Source of the DNA: Felis catus
Lineage: Eukaryota
Reading direction: 5' to 3'
DNA length: 64,000 bases
Assembly (NCBI RefSeq): GCF_018350175.1
Contig: NC_058368.1
Span: 28,708,001 to 28,772,000 of the forward strand
Under the pieces are notes generated by a model. The model ran no database searches. It worked only from the letters and a program-made list of their open reading frames with translations, and was not told where the DNA came from. Positions 25,623-37,625 of the stretch are shown piece by piece; within the stretch, counting starts at the first letter, position 1; each line of letters begins with the position of its first letter. Both the position numbers and the translations under genes were made by a program.

Positions 25623-27183
25623 TAAAAGTTTATATTTTTAAACAATACATAAATATCTGAAATAAACTAAATTCTACAATACAGTGTAAAATTCAACATT
25701 TTGTTGCAACAATGCTTGATTAAACAATGTCTATTTTCTTTTCCACACTTGGAAAGTCAATGCTTTGCTGTTTGAGAAATTTCTTAGGAAATTTCTTGGA
25801 GAGCTTGGACTTAGTAGGGAGGAGATCTGAGAGGTAAGGGGGGGGGGCTGAAGTAGAGAGGTGATAGAAGGGATGAGTTCAAGAAATATTAAAGAAGATA
25901 AATCATCAAGGACATGGTGATAAATTGAATACAGGAGGTAAGATAGAAATCAAAGATCCTGGCATGGGTAATGGTCTTCCCACCTTAAATAGAAAGTATG
26001 AGAGGAAGAGATTTGGGGGAAAAGATGATGTGCTCAGTGTTGCACAGGGGAGGCTGAGGTGAGCTTGTGGTTGGAGACATCCATGTGATGGGGGGACTGT
26101 GGTCGAGCTTGGAGGAGCTCAGGATTAAAGAATCATCTGCATAAAGGTGATTGGAACTTTGTTACTGTGTGAGATTACTCAGGCCAGACCTCATAGAGTA
26201 AGAAGAGTTGTGGGTTAAAGATGTGATTCTTGGATTACCTACATGGAATGGACAGGCAGAAAAAGAGAAACAGTTTTGTAAGAGAATGCAGTGGCATGGA
26301 TGCCGAGGAAGGAGACTTTGAAGGAGAGAGTGAGAACATACATTTAGCACATTAATCCTGTGCCTGTTGTTGAATGAGCAGGAGAAATGTCATTGAGGTT
26401 TTCTTCCTCTTTTTCTTAAATCAGATTTTCAAGGGTTTTGACCCAAAAGTAGTTTTTTTCTATTTTGTTCAGGATTTATCAATTAAAGAAAGATTTTTTT
26501 TTCACATCTTTAGTACATTTTTGTATTATAGTTTTCCTGTCTCTTACCATTTGGGACCCACTTTATTTCCTATTTTTCTCTATTACTAATTTTTTTAACT
26601 TTACATGGAAGACTTACAGGACTATGGTTATAACCAGTCTGATGTAAAACCTGACTCTTTCTGGTTTGGTAAGTTTGTGATGTTGTCAGCTTTGAACATT
26701 ACACTAAAGCTGAATTCATTTTGTTGGTGACTCTGTTTAAAAGCTCACAATCCCCGCGAGTGCTCACCTAGCTTATTTGATCCTCACCAAAAGCTTATGG
26801 GATAGATACCCCAGATTGTAATCTTCATTTCTTTGTTCTAGTTAAGGAATTCATTTTCTTGTTTAATTATGTGACTGATTCAAAGACAGCTCCTAGTTGT
26901 CTATTTCACCAGGCATATGTCTAAAATGTTGCAGCTGAAAGAAAACTCAGAGATCATTTCTTCTCATCTCTCCATTTTATAACTAGTGAAACAGGCCTAA
27001 AGAGAGAATCACTTGCCTAAGATCACATGGGCAGATAAAGCAAAATCAAGGTCTGGAACCCAGCTTTCCTGATTTCCTGGTCCCTATAATAACGACCACA
27101 AGTGTAATTTGCATTACAAGTAAAATTAGGCCGTGCTCTGGAATCTTCAATATGCTCATGTTGCTTTTGTTTCTTGGAAATAG

Positions 27184-27351
27184 TGTGCGGTTCGTGCAGC
27201 CACAGAAGGCAGAACTCTCGTTTTGGAAGGCTTGGAAAAGGCGGAGAGGAATGTTCTGCCTGTTTTGAACAACTTGCTGGAAAATAGGGAGATGCAGCTT
27301 GAAGATGGACGCTTCCTAATGTCTGCAGAGCGTTACGACAAACTTCTCCAA
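27184..27351 (+). CDS. VWA8: VWA8 coding exon (probable exon 5), 168 nt
   Basis: Acceptor ttttgtttcttggaaatAG, donor CAA|GTAAGA. Encodes CAVRAATEGRTLVLEGLEKAERNVLPVLNNLLENREMQLEDGRFLMSAERYDKLLQ. Confidence 0.95.
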
Positions 27352-27829
27352 GTAAGAAAAGAAAACTCTGGCTCCCTTATCTTGGCTATTGAGCTATGGA
27401 TGGTGCTGTTTGTTGTATAAGACATGATCGTATCAGAGTGAGGACAGTGTTCAGGTGGCTCGTGTCTGTGGTGAATTGCTGCAGTTAACGGTCATGAGGT
27501 TGCAGTTTCACAAGGTTCTTCGGTTTGCAGATCATATTAGACGACCTCTCAGATTTTTAGTTTGGTTTTTTTTGCCCATGTAATAACTATTTTTTCTTTT
27601 TTCCCTCTCCTTTAAATTCTGTCTTCTCTTTTTCCCTCCTTTCCTATCTTCCTTTTCTGTCCTTCAACAACTATGTACTGAAAGTCTAATGGCTTCTAGA
27701 CAGTGCTGGGAAGACAGAGCTGAATAAAGTGTAGTTCTTGCCCTCCAGAAGCTCAAACTCCAGGAGATATTGCCAGAATTGAATATGATATTTAAAAGAT
27801 ACCTAGATGATCCAAGCTATCCATATCTG

Positions 27830-28485
27830 ATGCCTGGATAATCGTAAGAGCCTCTTAAAAAGCCCCAATTTCATTCTGGCTGCCCCACAGCAGTCAGTGA
27901 TCACTTTAAAACATGGGACGGATTAGGTCAGACCTCTCTGTTCTAAACCCTCTCCTCGCTATGAAAAAAGTTTTACAATGGAGAATAGGGTCTTGTCTGA
28001 TCTGGGCTCTTAGTGCCTCTTTGGGCTTATCACCTGCTATCCTTTTTTATTCCACTCCAGCTGATAGTATTCTCTTTACTAAAACTTAAACCTGCTGGGT
28101 AGGCATTCTCCTAGTGCTTTGCAAGTCACTTTGTTCTTCCAGAATGGTTTTTCTCCAGATATCTGCCTGGCTTACTTCTATACTCCTTCAAGCCTTTGCT
28201 CAAATGTTACATTATTGATGAAGTCTGCTCTCGCCTCCTATTTGACATTGCATTGTCCTCTCTGCCCCATGCTCTCTGACCCTGCTCTATTCATTGCGTT
28301 AGTCTTCTGACATCCTACATAATTTACTGACTTGCAATGTTTTAGTTCATTCACTGCCTCCCTCCACTAGATTGCAACTTTCACTAGGGCAGGGCTTTTT
28401 GTCACTGATGGTATTTCAAGCTGTTAGAACAATGCCTGGCACTTGGTGGGTGCTCAATAACTATTTGTTGAATGAATGGATGGAT
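27830..28485 (+). mobile_element. L2 LINE 3' end
   Basis: Ends in agaacaatgcctggcacttggtgggtgctcaataactatttgttgaatgaatgga, the L2 3' terminus. Confidence 0.8.
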
Positions 28486-29357
28486 AAGTGCAATACTTTA
28501 AATGCTGTGATGCCAGTTGATACAAAAAGAAAAACAATAAGAGAGTGTGGGGCCCTTTAGAGGCTTTGGAGAAGGGCTTCACGTGACATCACAAAAGGAC
28601 AAAAAAGGGCTCATAGAGCCCTTGCTCTAACCGAGAGCTCTGCCTCTGTATTCCATGACTTAGAGTCTCTCTGACACCTGTGCTGTCATGTGTGACATAC
28701 ATATGTATGCTAATTTTATTGCCCCAAGTTGGCTACAGATTGCTGAAGAGCAGAATCTGTGTCTTATGTTTCTTCTAGATACAGCTAATACAAGCCCAGG
28801 ACACACTAGGCACTAAATAATACGTATTGACACCAGAGGGTCTGATTGACCTGATGCTCCAAGGCTAGCAGGACCGGAAATATCTCTTTCTGATTTCCAC
28901 TGTGCAAGTCTGTTTTCTCAGAAATCTGTCTTGCTATCCTTTTAGCACTGTTTCTTTACTGTTTATGGGAGTTTCTAGATGCTATTTTCATTGTGCGGTA
29001 TAGTTGTCTTGTTTTGGACCTCTATCTGAAGATGGCATCATGCTAATATAATTAGAAGGGGATAATTGAGGATTTAATTGCTAAGAAAAGTTAAATTTAT
29101 TCATTCATTCGTATTGTTATAGTTAATTTACTAAAAGACGATTCTTTATTTAAATTTATTTTAAATTTTAATTAATATTTTACAAATAAAATGACTTCAG
29201 ATAAATATATTAATTTATATTTATTACTTTTAGAGTAGGTAGATATTGGTGTATGCAAGACATTTTCTCTTTAGATACTTTCTAATTATAAAAGAACTAT
29301 TATTTGCCCCTGTATAGTTATTTTCTATTTTTTTTAGTTATTTCCCATTTTTAATAG

Positions 29358-29548
29358 ATTTTTTAAAAAATATTTATTTTTGAGAGAGGGAGAGAGCACA
29401 GGAGAAAGCAGGGGAGGGGCAGAGAGATAGAGAATTTCAAGCAGGCTCTGCACTGTCAGTGCAGAGCCCGATGGGGAGGCTCAAGTTCACAAACCATGAC
29501 ATCATGACCTGAGCCGAAATCAAGAGTCAGACACTTACATGTGCCCCG
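29358..29548 (-). mobile_element. Older Can-SINE
   Basis: Reverse-complement SINE body (catgacctgagccgaaatcaagagtc). Confidence 0.82.
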
Positions 29549-29618
29549 TTATGTGCCATTTTTAGTAAATGATTTAGAGTTTAGTAAATGATTTCATTTT
29601 CAGAAATGGATTTTTTTT

Positions 29619-29847
29619 AAATTTTTTTTTCTTTTTTCTTCAACGTTTTTATTTATTTTTTTGGGACAGAGAGAGACAGAGCATGAACGGGGGAGGGGCA
29701 GAGAGAGAGGGAGACACAGAATCGGAAACAGGCTCCAGGCTCTGAGCCATCAGCCCAGAGCCTGACACGGGGCTCGAACTCACGGACCGCGAGATCATGA
29801 CCTGGCTGAAGTCGGACGCTTAACCGACTGCGCCACCCAGGCGCCCC
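29619..29847 (-). mobile_element. Young felid Can-SINE
   Basis: Nearly identical to the copies at 14191 and 53018; TSD tggatttttttt. Confidence 0.93.
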
Positions 29848-31944
29848 TGGATTTTTTTTTTAAGTATAGAAGTTACTTCACAATAAAAGTTTGATATATT
29901 CTTTGTGTGAGAATTTTTGCAGAGTTATTGAACATTTTACTTTATGTAAGAATTTGAGATACGGGGTCAAGAGGGTTTTAGTATACAAGGAGTGCTTGTT
30001 ATTATTGAGAAGGATGTATTACATTGTTTTTCCCAATGTAAATATCAGTATAAATACATAGTTTTAATTCATAATTGTCATTTCTATATTTATAGAATCT
30101 GTCTCATAGGAATGTCATAGAATATAGGCAAGATCCCTTCACAGAACATCACCACCTTAAGACAATTTCTATGATAAAAGGATTTCAACACCATTTAAGT
30201 CCCACTTATTTCTAGCTAGATTCAATGTACTAAATTTGAATGTTTCAAAATGTTAATGGTTTCATAGAGGTGTTTGTAGTAGAATTTTGTTGTTATGGAA
30301 ACGGATATAATCAGTCTGTATAAATTTCATTTATATCCAGGTTATTATTTTTGGGTAAGTGGAAAATAAAAATATTTAGCTCTCTGAAGATTACACTCTT
30401 GGCTTTTCAGATGGTCTAGATCCAGACTCTTGTTTTCTAGCACATGTGACATAGTATCACTGTTAGTCCTGTTAATTAAGTGTGGGGTCATAGGTTTGGT
30501 TATGTTTTTAAATTACTTCATGCAATCAAAAAACATTTGTCCTATTATGTTTAAGAGGTAATAAGTCCTCTCATGAGCCTGGATCCAGCATGAGGTGGTA
30601 ATGAACAGAAGTCAATGCACACATGCATAATGGTAGAAGCTTGCATAGGATAGAGCGGAGGGGTACAAAAATGGTTCTGATGGAGGGAGAGGTTAGAAAG
30701 AGGCCCATTTTAGTGACGATGTTCTTTGTGCTGAGCTTTAAATGATGCTTGTATTTCTGCTGTGCGAAGTGGAAAGGCGTTCCAAGCAAGTGGGGCAGTG
30801 TTGGTGAAGCAGCATGGTGTGTCTGGAGAGCCACCATTGTGACATGGACTGGAGCACAGGGTTGGGGAAGGCAGGCTAGGGGGTGGCTATGCAGTGGTTG
30901 ATGAGACTAGGAGATTCGGACATGAATGCGGCCAGGAAGGGCCTTGAGTGTCCGTTAAGAGTTTCTACACTGTCATATGGACTGCATCCCCCCACCCCCC
31001 AAAGATATACTGGAAACTGAGGACTTGTCTCTCAGAATGAACATGTACATGTTCTTATAAACTTTGTAAGTTCCAACAGCTGAGGACAGTGAAGAGCCAT
31101 CGATAGGGTCAGGCAGAGAGGGAAGACATGACATCTAACTGGTGCCTACTGTGGACCAGTTGCTTTCAAACGGCCATAGTAATGCTGGTGATATTATTCC
31201 TACTTTATGGATGACAAAGCTGAGCGTCAGAGGGTATAATAACATGCTCTTGGTCACTTCACTAGAGTTTATGCTGAGTGCTAGAGCCAGGATTTATCAC
31301 TCCAAACCCTGTGCTATTTCCATTCTCAACTCCAAAATATGCTAGTTGCTGGACGATGGGGAGTTATAGAATTCCTTTGAACATCAGTTTGCTCATCCAT
31401 AAAAAGGAATTAAGTGTTTATTTGCATTCTGGTAAAAGTTAAATGAGTAAAATTCTTTGAAAGTACTTACCATGTAGTGAGTTTTCAGCACATGTTGGTT
31501 GTTATTATTAATATGCCTTGGCAGAAATGTACCCATACATGTAGTTGTGTATTTGAGGTCCACGGGGCAGTCTCTTCTCTGCCAGTAAGCGGTAAGTCTG
31601 TCTAGGACTACCTTTTTACATTCTCTGGTCTGAACCGTATATTTTCTGACTCTCCTCACTCAGTTTCTCTGTGTTAATGACTACAGCTTGGAGGTCTGAC
31701 CCACATTTTTCTTTGTTCCTTGATGTGTTAGCTACTTGTCTGTTCCACACCAGTTTTCATATCATGAGCCTTCCCTGGCACTTTTCTCCTGATTTGACTT
31801 TGCTTCCTTCCTTGATGGCTTGGTCTTGAGGTTGTTCTCAAATACACTTTACTCAGCAGTCAGGGCCTAAATTCCGCAGCCGGGCAGCTCTTGCAGTTGT
31901 AATCTGCATCGTTGGTGCTGTGAGTTTTAATCTCTTTCTTTTAG

Positions 31945-32109
31945 GATCATACCAAAACAGAGTTGGATGCCTGGAAGCTTGTTCGAGTTAGTGAAAACTT
32001 CCGAGTCATTGCCTTGGGTTTGCCAGTGCCTAAGTACTCTGGGAATCCCTTAGACCCCCCGCTCCGTTCTCGATTTCAGGCCAGAGATATTTATTATCTA
32101 CCCTTTAAG
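31945..32109 (+). CDS. VWA8: VWA8 coding exon (probable exon 6), 165 nt
   Basis: Acceptor tctctttcttttAG, donor AAG|GTAAGT. Encodes DHTKTELDAWKLVRVSENFRVIALGLPVPKYSGNPLDPPLRSRFQARDIYYLPFK. Confidence 0.95.
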
Positions 32110-32454
32110 GTAAGTACGAACAAGAATAATTTATTTTTTAAACATTTTATCTATTTGTATTTGGTTACTGTAAAAATGTTACTAGGTTTGTATGTCCCTC
32201 TCAGTAGTTAATGGAGAGAAAAGGATATGGGGTAAAGAAAATCCCTGGAAATTCAGAAGAAAAATTATTGGGGCATTACTTATGTGATGGGCTTAAAAAG
32301 GCTAATTTTTAGAAAATGATGCGTATCAAACAATGTTTTTTTTGCTATGACTTACATAGTGTCTGCGTAATTAAAAGTATGAAGTGTGTCCATAAAATTT
32401 GCATTTAATTTGTTACATTCCTTATTGATTTGGTATGTTTCTGTGTTATTTTAG

Positions 32455-32504
32455 GACCAACTTAAACTGTTATATTCAGTTGGAGCCAATGTTTCTGCTG
32501 AGAA
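32455..32504 (+). CDS. VWA8: VWA8 coding exon (probable exon 7), 50 nt, phase 0 to 2
   Basis: Acceptor ctgtgttattttAG, donor GAA|GTAAGT. Encodes DQLKLLYSVGANVSAE(K). Not shown in this frame in the ORF track. Confidence 0.93.
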
Positions 32505-32517
32505 GTAAGTATTTCTG

Positions 32518-32520
<3 letters not shown>

Positions 32521-32563
<43 letters not shown>
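32521..32563 (+). repeat. (CA)21 microsatellite 16 nt downstream of the 32504 donor
   Basis: Read directly. Confidence 0.95.
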
Positions 32564-32565
<2 letters not shown>

Positions 32566-33104
32566 TTATATAAATATCTGGACACTTAACATTGAATTTG
32601 TTTATTTGTTTTGCACATTGATTAATTCATCCATTCAACAACTATGCTCAGAAGAATTTTTTAGTAACGGTGGTAAGTGCTGATGATAAAGTTAGTAAGA
32701 CATGATCTTTGGAGACAAGAAACTCAAGATCTAGTAGAGTTTAAAGACATGAGAATACATTAGTTTAGCATTATATAGTAAGGGCCATAATTTCAAAAAG
32801 GCATTGGCATTTGAGAAGCGTCCTAAAGAATGAGTAGGCTTTTGCCATATAAAGAATGGAATTAACGAATCCTAAGAAATTATTTTTAAAGCATGGGATA
32901 TGAGAGTGTATGTCTTGTTCTTGTGGCTATAAAAAACTCTTGGTGGCTGGGGTTCAGGTTTGGATTGAGAAGGGAGGGAGGTGAGGCTGGCAGGATAAAT
33001 TTGGGCCAGGTTGTGAAAAACCTCACATGTTGTTAAAAACTCAGCCTCTGAGTTTTAAACAGAATATGAAGCTGTTGTTTCTTAAGAATTTAATAGTAAG
33101 CATC

Positions 33105-33322
33105 AGGGTGCCTGGATGGCTCAGTCAGTTAAGCGTCTGACTGGCTCAGGTCATGATCTCACAGTTTGTGGGTTCGAGCCCCGTGTTAGGCGCTGTTTTG
33201 ACAACTCAGAGCCTGGAGCCTGCTTTGGATTTTGTGTCTCCCCCTCTCTCTGCTCTTCCCCTGCTCATGCTCTGTCTCTCTCTCCTTCAAAAATAAGTAA
33301 GCATTAAAAAATTTTTTTAAAA
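33105..33322 (+). mobile_element. Can-SINE
   Basis: SINE head and tail; flanking duplication aagaatttaatagtaa. Confidence 0.9.
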
Positions 33323-33453
33323 AAGAATTTAATAGTAAATGTCATTTTATATCAATTAAGATGCCTCAGCTATTTTATGTTTAACAAGTGAATGCATTTT
33401 ATGCATTAAAACTATTAGAATAGCATTTAACATTACTTAATTTTTTCCCCTAG

Positions 33454-33562
33454 AATCTCTCAGCTCTTGTCCTTTGCCACCACTCTCTGTTCCCAAGAAT
33501 CTTCTACTCTTGGACTTCCAGATTTTCCTTTAGATAGTTTACCAGCTGCAGTTCAAATCCTG
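33454..33562 (+). CDS. VWA8: VWA8 coding exon (probable exon 8), 109 nt, phase 2 to 0
   Basis: Acceptor ttttttcccctAG, donor CTG|GTATGT. Encodes (K)ISQLLSFATTLCSQESSTLGLPDFPLDSLPAAVQIL. Absent from the ORF track. Confidence 0.94.
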
Positions 33563-35140
33563 GTATGTATAAAATAAATTAATGACTTGTATACCCAAAT
33601 GTGGCAAAGAGAACTTAAAAGTTAATCCTTGGGGATTCATCATTTCAGTTTGCCTTGTCATATTCCTCTATAAATATTACAAGACCTGAGATTCGCCGAC
33701 CCATGCCGTGCAGTATACCGTACGGAAACCAGCAATGTGTTGTGAGCCCTTACTGAGCTCATAGCCTAGGAGGGAGGTAGGTAGACATGCAGTTCAGGTA
33801 AAAACTCCACAGAGAGAAGGATGACTCAGCCTGGAGAGGCCTGAGGAGTCTGCAGAGGCGGCCTGCAGCCTGAGGCAGGGAGCTGGGGCTTTTGCACTCA
33901 GGCACCAGCAGTCATTGGTCAGTGGGTCATCACAAGGGACACAAATTTCCAGGCACTAGCTGCTCTCTTGGCTGTGAGCAAAGCTGGCTTTGGGAGTTCA
34001 AAAGTAGTCTTCTTTAAAAGCCCTGCAGCAGCTAGCTGTTGAAAGGGAAAGGTGGGAGGCTCAGAAAAGATAAAAACAGATCCGAGGTGTTTGGTAGAGC
34101 ATAAACATTGTCCACTACAGTTTAACAAAGGTCGTGACAGTCGTGTCAGGATTGGTGGAAATGCCCTCCAGGCAGAGGGAACAGCATGCACAGAGGTGTT
34201 GAATCACAAACGGGCTTGGTATGTTTGAAGAATGATAAGTTGTATCGTTAGAGCAAGCGTGTAGGGTGAAGAGAGAGGTGAGAACTTTATTGTGAAGTGT
34301 TTTGCATGGTGAGTGAAGTTGTCCGGATTTCATGGTGTGGAAGAAGTGGCCTGTTAGATATTACTAAGTAGGTGAAGCGTGGAGTAATCAGTTCTATGGT
34401 GGAGGAAGATACCTCTGTGGGCAGGGAGGAGGGACGGGGAAAGCCTGGTTGCATACGGACCAAATAGGAAACTGTTGTAACAGTCAGTGAGAGACTGTGC
34501 TAAGGAGAGCGTAATCCCAGGTAGTAGGGATACTGCCGAGACAAGAGACTTATTTTTAAACTTTTGTTCCTATTCATTTAGGTTTCCTGAGACTCAGTGA
34601 GTTAGGTTTCACAGGTATTGTTCTCACTGTCCTCTGTGTTTAGAACAGCTTTTCTCTTCCTTTTTACCACGTCTTCTGCTTTTTGTTCTTTTTGTTTTTG
34701 CTTGGAACATTTTACTTTGATAGTTCTCAAATCTAAAAATAAAAGTTCAAAAACAGTAAAATGAACATCTATAACCCCTTCAAGTAGAATCACCAATTTT
34801 TAACATATTGCCACATTTGTTTGCTCTCTCTCTCTCTCTTTTCCGAACCATTTGAAAGTAAATTATGATCAGTATTTTTATATACTTTAGTATGCAACTT
34901 GGAAGAAGTCGTAAGACGTTCTTCCACATAACCAGAACCATTATCACACCCTTCAGTATGTTGACACAAATGCTATAATATCATCTACAGGACAACCTAT
35001 GCTGAAATTTCTCTAATTGTCCCTGTTGGGAAAGCAGTTTAACTTGGAGAAAACTTTTGAGAATAATAAACACTTTCTAACTTTGTAGTTGTAACTGTGA
35101 AACTAAGTAAATGTGGATGTGATTAACTCAGATTAGGAAT

Positions 35141-35345
35141 GGGGGTGCCTGGGTGGCTCAGTCGGTTATGCATCCGACTTCAGCTCAGGTCATGATCTCA
35201 CTGCTTGTGGGTTCAAGCCCCGTGTCAGGCTCTGTGCTGACAGCTCAGAGCCTGGAGCCTGCTTCAGATTCTGTCTCCCTTTCTCTCTTCCCCTCCCCAC
35301 CCATACACTCTCTCTCTTTCAAAACTAAATAAACATGAAAAAACA
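35141..35345 (+). mobile_element. Can-SINE
   Basis: gggggtgcctgggtggctcagtcggttatg head, CT tract, A tail. Confidence 0.9.
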
Positions 35346-35768
35346 AGGAATACAAGTGAAGAGCATACTTTGGGATGAATAGGGTAGGGAAACGTGTTCA
35401 GACATGTAGTTTCAGGCATGTTGAATGGAGGTCAATGGGATATCTAAAGGGTCACATTTGGGCAATTGAGAATTCGAGTCTAGAGCTCAGGACCAGATAC
35501 TGAGACATGGGAGCCATTAACAGATAGATGGTAGCTGAAAGATGGGGGTGGGTAGGCTTACCCAGTGAAAGGGTGTGGAACAGGAAAAGAAGAGGGAGTA
35601 ATGAATATTTTTTGTGGACTTGTGGAAAATATGAGAAACCTCTTGGTTATTTTTTATAATCATATATACATTTTGGATATGTCATATATGTCAAATATGC
35701 ATTTCAGATAAATTTTTTGTGATTATTTTGGATGTTCTTCATCCCTGGGTATTTTTGCTCCTGAATAG

Positions 35769-35873
35769 GATTCCTTTCCTATGATGTCAATCAAACATGC
35801 AATCCAGTGGCTTTATCCATACACTATCTTACTAGGACATGAAGGGAAAATGGCTGTGGAAGGTGTTTTAAAA
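35769..35873 (+). CDS. VWA8: VWA8 coding exon (probable exon 9), 105 nt
   Basis: Acceptor tttttgctcctgaatAG, donor AAA|GTAAGT. Encodes DSFPMMSIKHAIQWLYPYTILLGHEGKMAVEGVLK. Confidence 0.94.
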
Positions 35874-36179
35874 GTAAGTATCTGCTTCACTTTTCTTTCT
35901 TTTTCCATTTCTCTTCTTGTCCCTTCTCTTCCCTTCTTCCATTTCTCTCTTCCTCCTCCTTCCTTCTTTTTCTCTTTCTGTCTTTCCCATGCCTTCCTTA
36001 CTTTTCCTTCCCTTTTTCTTCTACACCTGGAGCCACTGGCATGCCAGTGACAGGGAAGCAAGTACAGAGGTGGCTGCTGTGGTTGGGAGACTGGTTGTAT
36101 TGAACAAATGAGTAAATCAATTGAGGAAATGAGTGAATAAATTGAGGATTGTAAGAGCTATGTTTCTTACCATTGGGAA

Positions 36180-37625
36180 AGGAATTTATAAGCATAGAAA
36201 GGGAGAAGAAAAGAAAGACCCCTGAGGTGTTAGATTGGAATTGGAGGAATCAGTATGAACTCATGTGTTTTTTTTAAATATTTTAATATATATAAGCAGA
36301 GTAATAGATATAGATACTGTGTATGTATGAGTATACAGACACATATTTTCTAGCTCTGTCCCCTTAAGAGGGCCTGAAAACTATGACATTCCGGTGGCAA
36401 TGATCATACCAAGTGCCAAGACATTGGTTTCTAAATACCACACTTCCTAAAAGGAATCAGGATTCCTAGAAAGTAGTGCTGGTTCAAGGCTCAGCACAGG
36501 GAAAGTTCATGATGAACCTGGATCATCTTATTGTGCCCAAAAGTAAGGAAATGTTTAACAAATGATGTTAACATACCAAAGTGACAGAGGAGCCAGTTTG
36601 AGGTGGCCCCCATTGGCCAAAATGTGGGACAATTTTAGCATGAAAATAAACAAAGATAGCCATTGATTATAAACCATTGAACAAAATGGGAATCCCTGAG
36701 TTCATGTTGATACAAATGAGTAAATAAAGGGGGAGAAGAAAAATCTCTTCTTAATATAGAACACCTATGAATAAATGCAGAAAAGTCACCATTTGGCAGC
36801 CACCAGTGTGGAAGTTGATTTAGATAGGAGTCATCAAAGGTTTTAAAACTGGTGGGTGGAGGGTCTATGAAGAATAGGATATTGATGTAATCTAAGAATA
36901 TCTCCTACCAAAATACTCACTTGACTACAAAACAAAAAAATGGCATTTTTATAGTAAATACCAACTTGACCAGGTAGGACAAATTGACATTATGTGTCTC
37001 TTGACTGTTGAGCTGAGAAGGACTCAGCCTCATTTCAGGATATTCTGGATAAGAATTCATTGCATGAATTTGGCCATGAGAAATTATTGTATAGACCTAG
37101 GTTGAGGGCTCTCTTACATAATGAGAGGCCTGTATTCTTTAGAATTGTCCCGTTCATAAAAGAAAAAGAAAAACTGAAAGACTGCTTTAGATTGAAAGAG
37201 ACTAAAGAGATATGACATATGATCCTGTGTTGGATCCTGGACCAGATAGGAAAACATGACATTGTTAGCACATTTGGTTAAAGTTGATATGGTCTGTGGA
37301 TTGAATGACAGTGTTCTATTAAAATGATTTCCTGATTTGGAAGCTTATGTGGTGAATATGTTGGCCACAATTCTTGTTTTAGCAAATATGAACTAGAATA
37401 TTCAGGGATGATGGAGCATCATATCTGTGGCTTGCCCTTAAATGGTTCAGAAAAAGACCAATTATAATGGGTGTGTTAGGGATGCTGGCGGCAAGAGGGA
37501 GGTAATAAATATGCTAAAATGGTAATCTTTGAAAAATCTGAGTGAAGGCAAAATACAAGTTCTTTCTACAACTGTCCTGTAACTTTCCTGTAAGTTTGAA
37601 ATTATTTCAAGATAAAAAATTTTAC
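36180..37625 (+). mobile_element. Ancient L1 (L1MC-like) 3'UTR
   Basis: gattggaattggagg, ttttctagctctgtcc, tggtttctaaatacca, ggatcctggaccaga motifs; ends ctgtaagtttgaaattatttcaagataaaaa. Confidence 0.7.
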
